This document shows positions 17,507-26,300 of a DNA stretch of 64,000 bases, piece by piece. Numbering within the stretch: the first letter of the stretch is position 1; each line of letters opens with the position of its first letter. The translations under genes and the position numbers were made by a program. Where the stretch lies: assembly GCA_963763735.1 (NCBI GenBank), contig CAVXQK010000012.1, forward strand, positions 14,803-78,802, read 5' to 3'. The notes beneath the pieces were generated by a model. That model ran no database searches. It was given only the letters and a program-made list of their open reading frames with translations, and was not told the origin of the DNA. The DNA is from an uncultured Verrucomicrobiae bacterium. Its GTDB lineage: Bacteria > Verrucomicrobiota > Verrucomicrobiia > Chthoniobacterales > Terrimicrobiaceae.

Positions 17507-19160
17507 ATGGAAATGCCAGCGTTGATCGCGCATCAAAGTAAGAGGAGGCCTGCGCAATCGCAGCACCCTCACGCAAGGTCCGCGGCAACCCGGGGAATGG
17601 TGCGGGCCGGCGTTTCTCTTGCGCCGTTCGTGCAGGCGAAACTTCGGGTTGGCACGCCGAACGACCGCTTCGAGCAGGAAGCCGATCGAGTCGCGGAGAG
17701 AGTTATGCGCATGCCGGATACCGCAAGTGCCCCGGCTCACCCGGCCGGTTATGCCGGGGACGCCGTACAGCGGAAATGCGCGGCCTGCGCCAGCGGGCAC
17801 GGGCTTTGCACCGAGTGCGCCGAAGAGGAGCGCCTCCAAACTAAACCTGTCGTGGGCGCGAGCAACAACGCCTTGGAACGAGGAGCGGATCGGGTCGCCA
17901 ATTCAGCGAATGCCACGCCATCCACCGTCGTCGGCGGGATGCCACTGTCCCTCCCGGGATTTTCCGAAGGATCGATCAAGCAGACGAATTCGGCTTTAGC
18001 CGGCGTGGAGCGGACGTTAGCCGGTGCCGGTCGACCTTTGGATCCGCCGCTCAGGCGGGACATGGAGAGGCGCTTCGGCCATGACTTTTCCCCGGTCCGG
18101 GTGTATTTCGGCGGCATTGCTGGACAATCAGCCAGAGACTTGAATGCCGACGCCTACACGGTTGGGCAAAGCATTGTGTTTGGTGTTGATCCGCCCGCGC
18201 TGGAATCGACTGGCGGGCGAAAGCTGCTCGCGCACGAGTTGACGCATGTGGTGCAGCAAACGAAGGCATCCGCGCCGTCGATCGTGCAGCGCCAGGCAGG
18301 CGGAGGCGGACCCGCAGGCGGGCCTCCTGCGGCCGGAGCCCCGTCGTTGTCGGTGAAATACAAGGGTTGTGGAAAGGCGCCGTTCACCCAGCCGGTGGTC
18401 GAGGCGGCTGCTCTCGCGGCATACAATAAGGTCGTCGGCAGCAATTGCATAAAAAGCACGGAGCTACGGGACGAGATATTGAGCGAATTCGCCGACCTGA
18501 CGATCGATTGCGAGCAGGGGAGCGGCAGTTCGCCCTGCGGCATGGCCTGGCGGTTCCTAAGCCACACGGTGAACATCTATCCCAAGGCGCTGGCCGGCGG
18601 CAGTTGCGGGCCTTTGGAATCGACCATCCTGCACGAAGTCGTGCACCTTACGGAATTGCGGCTCATCGAGCACGGCGATCTGGCAGACGCCTGCGAAGCT
18701 TCGTGTTTTGGCTGGGGGAGCGGTGACCCGGCGAAGTGCGACGAAAAGACGCTCGTGCTCCATGGACCTCGCGTTGCCCTGGGTGCGAGCCTGGCCGGCG
18801 GCCGTGGTCCTTTCGGCCGGATCGGCTATGAGGTTCTCAGGAGCTGGACGGGAACCGCGTTTTCTCTGGGCCTTCATTTGGATGTGCCGCTGACCGACCG
18901 CGACTCATTTGTGCGAGCGGGGCTCGAGGTAGGGTCGAACTTCCAGCTCCTCGGTTCCCTCTACGGCAGGCTGTACGGCGGCTTGTCGGTGCCCTTGCCG
19001 CCTGGCGGTGCTTTGCCCGACACAACGGTTGGCGCTGGTCTCGGCTTCGATTTTGGCCGAACGCAGCTGGAAGTTCTTTACGAAGTGCTGAACGTTCAGT
19101 CCAGGGACGTGCGGACCCAACAAGCTCCTGGTTGGGCTGGGCTTTCGATTCGGAAAATAA
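17507..19160 (+). CDS. DUF4157 (eCIS core domain) protein 1 with a second HExxH module; 3' end probably frameshifted
   Basis: 'VQAKLRVGTPNDRFEQEADRVAERVM', 'RRDMERRFGHDFSPVRVY', 'LLAHELTHVVQQ', second 'ILHEVVHLTE'. The frame-2 ORF runs to 19360. However, frame 3 from about 19110 gives 'NKLLVGLGFRFGK*' (stop 19158-19160), similar to the protein-5 terminus. An alternative start is ATG 17597. Confidence 0.75.
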
Positions 19161-19202
19161 CTGACGGTTCCCTCGTACGAACCCCAAGGAGGCAGGCATC
19201 GA

Positions 19203-21117
19203 ATGAAGCTTGGCATCTGTCCGCATCGCGCGCCGCGCGAAGCCTCCATGCGCCCGCGATCTCGCAAAGCGGAATCGCCCGGCCGCCGCGCCGCAGGATC
19301 GTCGTCCAGCGCCTTGCATCCCGTCATCCAAGCCAGATTGAGGACGCGCCTTCCGAGTGATTGTGAACGGGAGTCGGATCGGTTTTCTCAAGATGGGAGG
19401 CGCCCGACAGACCCGGGCCTGCGACGGCCCCGCTCCTCCGGCGGAGAGTGCGCGAGGAGTCGAAACGAGGGCAGGGAGCACGTCGGGCCCGTCCCCGACG
19501 GCAAGGCCGCGAACTGGCCGAAGAGGCGCTGGCTGCCGAGCGGATCGAAGAAGTCAACGGGCAGGTGGAATTCGGAATCAGGAAAGTTGCGGGCGGCATG
19601 CCCATGCAGAAATCCGCACGGGTTATTTTCGAGCCACGCTTCGGTCGCGACTTCAGCCACGTGCGCCTCCACACGAACCCCGCCGCGATATCTCTTGCAC
19701 GGGCGCTTCGCGCCGCGGCCTTTACCTGCGGCTCCGATATTTTCTTCAATGCCGGAGAGTACGCGCCCAACAGCGTGGCCGGCCGGGGATTGCTCGCGCA
19801 CGAGCTGGCGCACACGATTCAGCAAGCGACCGGAGATGTGCGCGTCCAGCGGGCAATCATCCCCTACCGGCCAATCACCTGGGCCGACTTTCTGGCTGCT
19901 CCTCCGGCCGGTCAGAACCCGGCCGAGGGCGCCGGAATTCTTTCCAGATTCGACCTGATTCCGTCCTACACCCCGGTGATCACAGCCAAGCCAACGAAAA
20001 AGCCGTGCCGCGCGGGCCGGATTCGCGCCGAGGAAGTTGAAGCGACCGCCGCGCCCGATCCCGCCGATTTCAACAAGCCCGAGGCGGTCATGGATCAGGA
20101 CCAGTCGTGGGCGCTGCCGCGCTACACGGGCAACGGCAACGACTTTTGCGCGAGCGAGGTGACCCGGTGCGAAAACCAGTTCGACAGCGTCCGGGCCTCG
20201 GTGCGGACAAATTGCGAGCGGAGCGCCAGCGGAATGCGAGCAAGCTTTCGATCGGGGAGAAAAGGCCTTTGGGATCGCCCTTGGCCGCGATTCCGTTCGG
20301 GTGACCCGCAAAGCCGATTGCCGAACCACGTTTCTGACAAGGTGCCAGGAGATAACTTCCAAGGCGGCAACGGTGTCGATCGGCTCAACCATCGTCCGAA
20401 CGAAGGAGGATTGCCAGCGTACCTACTTTCGCCAATGTCTGACGAGCGAGGTCACGAGCGGGCACGCCTTTTGAGGCATGAGCAGGGACATTTCGACATC
20501 ACCAACGTCATGGCACGAAATGCCCGGGAGAGCATCAAACTAAAGGCTGCGGGTCTGTCGGTGAAGGAAACGGGCTGCGGTGAGGACGCCGCCCGCGACG
20601 CCGCCAGAGGAACCTACGACAGCACTGTGAAGTCGGTGCTGCGACAGTTGAGCAATGATTGGCTGGCCGCCAAGGATCGGGCGCAACAGGACTATGACGG
20701 CCAAACCATGCACAGCTCGAACGCGGCCAAACAACGGGCTTGGGAGACGGACATTGCGGCTGGATTAAAGGCTTACGTCCCTGCGAATGCTCCCGTCCCC
20801 GCGGCGGCACCGGCCCCAGCCGCCGGGAAGTCGTCCGGCCGCGCCGACTCCGGCCAACCCTCCGGCGAATCCTCCGCCGGTCGCGGCTCCGAAGCGCCCG
20901 GGAGAGCCGCGGTGACTTATCGGCCTCGTTCGATGTCACTTTGCTCTTCTCGAATCGTCCGACTTCCCTCCCGCCACCCGGCGACTCGAAGCAATTCGTG
21001 GCGCTCCCGATCCACGTTGAGCGGATAGTCCGAGTCATGAAACTGGCCTCGCTCCAGGAGTCGAAAGTGAAAGCGATAAATGGTGGGAAACACTGCAAGC
21101 GGACGACCGGGGCGTGA
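19203..21117 (+). pseudogene. DUF4157 (eCIS core domain) protein 2, disrupted by several frame changes; DUF922-like HEQGH module
   Basis: AAGGAGG lies 10 nt upstream of ATG 19203. The leader 'HPVIQARLRTRLPSDCERESDR' is in frame 3. The core 'FEPRFGRDFSHVRLH...LLAHELAHTIQQ' is in frame 2. The segment 'CEQAFDRGEKAFGIALGRDSVRVTRKADCRTTFLTRCQEI...' (about 20235-20470) is in frame 3. 'LLRHEQGHFDI' is back in frame 2. The tail is in frame 1. Confidence 0.65.
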
Positions 21118-21144
21118 TGCGTCGGAAAATTCAAGCGTTGCAAA

Positions 21145-21438
21145 ATGCAAACGCCGGTCACCGTCAATCAGACACCGGCAAGCCCGCTGCGAAATATTGA
21201 AGCCACGCGATTTTCCGCGATGAAGGCGATCGGCCTGGGCACCTCGTTCTCGTTCCCCCTGGGCGAAGGAAAATTCCTGACCATCGGGCACATGCTCTAC
21301 CTGCCGGGCACGGGCAATACGCCTGTCCGGACGGACCTCCTTTTGCCGCCTTACGTATCGGATCGGGACGAGAAAGTGCGCCTGGTTTCCGGGTTCCAAT
21401 TCAGCGGTTCGTTTGACGAGACCAAGTGGTTCAAATGA
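21145..21438 (+). CDS. hypothetical 97-aa protein (or former C-terminal part of DUF4157 protein 2)
   Basis: Strong G/C preference at third codon positions and non-biased amino-acid composition. It is in the same frame as the 20930-21117 coding-like segment, separated by a single TGA. Confidence 0.45.
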   Translation: MQTPVTVNQTPASPLRNIEATRFSAMKAIGLGTSFSFPLGEGKFLTIGHMLYLPGTGNTPVRTDLLLPPYVSDRDEKVRLVSGFQFSGSFDETKWFK

Positions 21439-21595
21439 ACTAGTCCTGGCCATCGCATTGATCCAAATCGCGCCACTCGAATCCGCTCGCCGTCTGAGCC
21501 CCTTTCCGCAATGAAATGCGTGCCGCTGCAAAACCGTAAGCCCCGCTTCCCGCTGTCCACCTCGAACCGCACGCACTCGCGAGCCGCCGCGTTCG

Positions 21596-23221
21596 ATGGC
21601 TCCGTCCGCGCTCTCGCATCCGATCATCCAGGCCAGGCTCCGCGTCGGCGCTCCGAATGATCGCTTCGAGCAGGAGGCCGATCGTGTTGCGGAGAGAGTC
21701 ATGCGCATGCCGGATACCGAAAGCGCGCCAGCTCTCCCGGCCGGTATCGCGGACGACGCCGTGCAGCGGAAATGCGCGGCCTGCTCCAGCGGCGGGCACC
21801 TCTGCCCGGAGTGCGCGGAGGAGGAGGAGAAAGTGCGTCGGAAGCCGGGCGACCATCAATTGCTTCAGGCCAGAGAATCGCCGGGAGCCGTGCCGCGACT
21901 GAGCCGCGGAGTCGAAGCCAGGATTCGTGGATTTCAGGGAGGTGGCCGGCCTTTACCGCAGGGCGAACGAGCCTTTTTCGAGCCGCGTCTGGGGGCGGAT
22001 TTTTCGCAGGTTCGCATCCACACCAATACGCCGGCTGCCGAGACCGCCGCCGCGATTCAGGCGCGAGCCTTCACGACAGGCTCGGACATTGTCTTCGGGG
22101 CGGGTGAATATCAGGGGGAGCCGACTTCCCGCAGCCGGGAATTGCTGGCGCATGAACTTGTCCACGTCGTCCAGCAGGGAGCCGCGCGCGGCGGAGCCTC
22201 CCCGGGGGTGATCCAGCGCAGGAAGCCGCCCGCTGCGGTTCCCACGCAGCTTGTCTCCCCAATCCTGGCCGGAGATGCGATCCTCGAGGATGTGATAAAC
22301 GATCGATCCGTTCTCCGGCAGGGGAGCAAGGGAGACGCGGTTCGCCGTGTGCAGGAGGCTCTCCTGAGCGAGGGTTATCCGCTGCCGAAATTCGGCGCCG
22401 ACGGCATTTTCGGACCCGAGACGGCGAAGGCGGTGCGCATGTTCCAGCAGCGATGGCGGCTCGACGTGGACGGTATCGTTGGCGATCAGACTTTGGGGCT
22501 GCTGGACAGCCATCTCTTCAACAAGGGCGTGCTCCAGTTTGGAGAAGAACGGGGCGGTCTCATCGGCGGCATTGCCAAGCGACTCGCCACCGCCGGGCTG
22601 GACATCAGGGAGGCCGACTTTGCGAGAACCGACTGTCCCGCGGCCAACAAGGCGGAGCGGCTCACCGCGTGCATCCAGCCGGTGGTCATCGCCGAGGACG
22701 ACGGCTCGAATCCCACCGCGTCGCCCCCGTTCGAGGTGGCTCAGCGCATCTGGGAGAAATGCTGCATCAACTACTCCGTGCTTCCCACTCAAACGGTGAA
22801 CAAGTCGGACTTCAAGGTGCTCGACGAATCTCCGAACAACATACCCACGGCCGAGGAGACTGCTCTGTTTACGGCGGCAGGAGCGAGCCGGTGCATCCAG
22901 GTGTTCGTGCCGGAGACCTTCGAGCAGGGCGGCGTCATCAGCAAGGCGATCTCAGGTGGCGGCGCAACGTACGACGGTGGCGCCGCCAACGCCAAGGTCG
23001 TAGTGGTGGAGGGCACGGTGTCGGAAGTCGTCGCACACGAGCTCGGGCACGCCACCGGTTTCGGCGGGCACGATGGAAACCCGACTGTCATGAAGCCGAC
23101 CGGCGCCCATAACGTACCGAATTCCACTGCCGTCTCCAAGGACGTTTGCACACGCGCCCGCACCGGCGGGACTCTGGCCACAACCGGCGGAACCGCCGAT
23201 TGCTGCATGGATCCACGCTAA
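21596..23221 (+). CDS. DUF4157 (eCIS core domain) protein 3 with peptidoglycan-binding domain and C-terminal metzincin-like HExxH module
   Basis: 'IIQARLRVGAPNDRFEQEADRVAERVM', 'FFEPRLGADFSQVRIH', 'LLAHELVHVVQQ'. PG_binding_1-like 'GSKGDAVRRVQEALLSEGYPLPKFGADGIFGPETAKAVRMFQQRWRLDVDGIVGDQT'. 'VVAHELGHATGFGGHDGNPTVMKP'. Confidence 0.8.
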   Translation: MAPSALSHPIIQARLRVGAPNDRFEQEADRVAERVMRMPDTESAPALPAGIADDAVQRKCAACSSGGHLCPECAEEEEKVRRKPGDHQLLQARESPGAVPRLSRGVEARIRGFQGGGRPLPQGERAFFEPRLGADFSQVRIHTNTPAAETAAAIQARAFTTGSDIVFGAGEYQGEPTSRSRELLAHELVHVVQQGAARGGASPGVIQRRKPPAAVPTQLVSPILAGDAILEDVINDRSVLRQGSKGDAVRRVQEALLSEGYPLPKFGADGIFGPETAKAVRMFQQRWRLDVDGIVGDQTLGLLDSHLFNKGVLQFGEERGGLIGGIAKRLATAGLDIREADFARTDCPAANKAERLTACIQPVVIAEDDGSNPTASPPFEVAQRIWEKCCINYSVLPTQTVNKSDFKVLDESPNNIPTAEETALFTAAGASRCIQVFVPETFEQGGVISKAISGGGATYDGGAANAKVVVVEGTVSEVVAHELGHATGFGGHDGNPTVMKPTGAHNVPNSTAVSKDVCTRARTGGTLATTGGTADCCMDPR

Positions 23222-23339
23222 AGGCGATCGCCGGAGTCGTCGCGCCGCGCCACCCCTTGCGTTGCTTCGTCGGCTTGCCGCCCCCGATTTGTTACCATCG
23301 CCGGAGCGGCCCACTTCGAGGCGCGCCATTGAACGTGCC

Positions 23340-26300
23340 ATGCCCGTTACCCACGCCCGCGTCCTGAGAGTGGACGCCCGTTCGCCAACGCGGCCGGGTC
23401 GACAGCGCGCCCCGGCCAGTCACGAACGGAACGAGTCGCTTCATCCGGTCGTCCGGGCGAAACTTCGCGTCGGCGCGCGGAACGACCCTTACGAGCAGGA
23501 AGCCGATCGTGTGGCCGGCGAGGTGATGCGGAGGCCGGATGCTTCGAAGAACGCGGCGGCCGACTCCTGTCCCGTGCAGGCGGATCCGGGCGCCGACCGC
23601 CCCCTAACGGAACTGGGTGAGGATCTTGCCTCTTCCCAAAACCAGCGTCTGGACCCCACCACCCGGACATTCATGGAATCCCGCTTCGGCCACGACTTCG
23701 GCCGGGTGCGGCTGCATGCGGACGAAAGCGCCGCCGCGGCGGCGCGCAGCCTGCATGCCCGGGCGTTTGCGGTGGGGCGGGATATTTTCTTCGGTGCCGG
23801 CCAGCACGCGACGGAACGTGCCGATGGGCGGCGGTTGCTCGCTCACGAGTTGACGCACGTGCTGCAGCAGACCGGGCGCCTCGGGCGCCCGGCGATGGCG
23901 CCACGAGCCATTCAGCGCCAGCCGGTTGAGGAGGCACCCCCAGCGGCCGAGGAGGAGCAGGAGTCGTCGGAAGAGATTGACGAGGAGGCCGGATCCACAA
24001 ACGAAATCGAGGCGCTCGCGGCCGACGCCCTGGCCGTCGGGCGCCAGAATGCCCCCGAAGTGCTCGCGAAAATTGCCGCCTTCAATCCGCTCCCGGAGGC
24101 GGTTGCCCGGCTAGACGGGGACGATGACGCCCTCGGACATCTCCTGAAGGTGCTCGGACCCGACGCCTGGCGGCCGGAGAACCGCAAAAGCCTGCTTGCC
24201 ATCCTGCCGTTGCGTACCGCCAAGCGCAACGTCGAGGCCATCCAGAACGAGGTCGACACGGGCCTGCTCAAACTCGACTTAGGCGTGAGCGCGGACGAGG
24301 CGCACCTGGCCTACGAAGTTTTCAAGGCCATGAGTGAAGCCGATCGCGCGCGGTTCCTGCAGACTCCCGAAGGACGGCAGGCATTTGAAAAGGTGGGCGA
24401 AAGAGCCAGCTCGGAGCTCCGGATCTCGCGGGAGTTCGGGTTCTACGATGCCGATGTCGAGGCCCTCCTGGCCGAGCTCGAAAAGCTGGAAACCTGGAGC
24501 GAAGACCAGCGGGGCTGGTTGCGCACGGTCTTGGCGATGATTGTTCAGGGCGGTCACGCCGGAGACCCGCGCGTGGTGCAATTCGTCCGGCACAATTGGG
24601 AGCTCGATCCGGAGTTTTTCGCCGGGCTGGGATTTACCGGGCAGGGAGAAATCACCCCCGAAGAATTGCACGATACGCCGAATCCCCGCTGGCTCGGGTG
24701 GTTCACGAAGGTTGGCTTGACGGGCCTCTGGGCCGACGCCCCTGGAACCATCCAACTCGGCCTGCAATTCGTGGGAGGCAAACGAAGCCACGTCGAGGGC
24801 GTGCCTGTGGCCAGTCTGCCGTTGGGTTCTTTGCTTCGCGGCCTCGGGGGATCGCTGTCCGGCATCGACCTCGAGGAGATTCCTGGCATCGAGGATTCGG
24901 GTCTCGCCACTGTCTCGATCGATAAGCGGGAAGGCTTGTTCATTCTGGACGTCACGGCGGCCGCGATTCCAACGGTCGATCTGACGGGAAAAGGGGAAGC
25001 GGGCGCGACGCTCACGGTGACCGCGATGAACGGCAGCTTCGGCGATCTTCATGTCGAGGCGCGCTGGCCCGCCGAGGAGAATCCGACCCAACTCCCCGAT
25101 TTGCGGGTGCGGGTCGGCTGGCTCGGCCTGAGCACCGTCGTTCTTTCTTCCGGAAATCTGCTCGTCGGAGCGGATCACCTCCGGTTGCAGAATCTGGAGT
25201 TCGACGCCTCCCTCTCCGCCGCAAGCGAAAACGGCCGGTTCCGGATGAAGCAGTTCGTCGGAAATCTTCAAAGCCAGCTCGCCGCGGTCATTTCCGTCGT
25301 CCAGAGCGCGCTTTTCGCCGTGGTGACGACCGGATTGGGGCAGCAGCAATCGCCCGACGAAACTGAGGTGCGCGATGCCGCCTGGTTTACGAACGTGTTG
25401 CGCGAAACAATGGCGACCGAGTTCGACGACGCCCTTCTGAGTCACCTGAGCGTAGGGTCGCTGGCCGCCGAGAATGTCGTTTTCGCCAGTGGCGAGTCTC
25501 TTGACCGGGTCGCAACCTCCCTCGATCTGACCATTGCGGCCGGTCCCCGGGCGCTGGCGAGCCTCGAGATGGCCCGGATCGAAGAGGGGGCGGCGGATCG
25601 CGACCTCACTCCAGAGGAAAAAATGAGGTTGGACGAACTGATGCGGGTCGAGGCGTCCGATCCGACGGAGGCTCGCGAGCGCATCGCAGCGATGGGCATG
25701 GATCCGGATGCCGTGGAGTTGCGCCTTAAACTGGACAGCCCGGACAGCGAAGAGGCGCTCTCGGTTGCCGGCATGAACATACCGGGCGTGGTGCAGTCCC
25801 CGGGCACGATTTCCCCGGACCGGGCCACGATCGAGCTTCGGTTTCCGGGAGAGAGCGTTCAGATTCCACCCGGCGCCGATTCGGATGATCAGGGACGCAT
25901 CCTGTTCACCCTGGAGCTCGATGCGCCCGGCACGCTCCAGACGTCGCGCGATCTCGGGGTCGCCGGTCTGCCGCCGCTTGGCCCGATCACGGTTGAAGGC
26001 GCGACGGGCGAAGCCATCGTCCGCGAAGGCGGCGTCGTGAGCCTCGAGGTTGTCCTGCCGAGGGTGGGTTTTGAAGGCGTGCGCTCGGCGATCACGGTCG
26101 ACGCGCAGGAAGGCGTCGCGCAGGGCGTCCACCTTGTCGCCGACCTGGTAATGGACCCGACTCGCCGGCTCGGAATCCTGCAAATTGACAATTGTGCCGT
26201 CTTTGTCGAAGCCGTGACGGCGAAGGAGGTCGTCGTGGAGCGCCCAGGGGCATGGAGCGTGCAGGTTTTCGATCCTGTTCTCAACGGGCTGAAGCTCACG

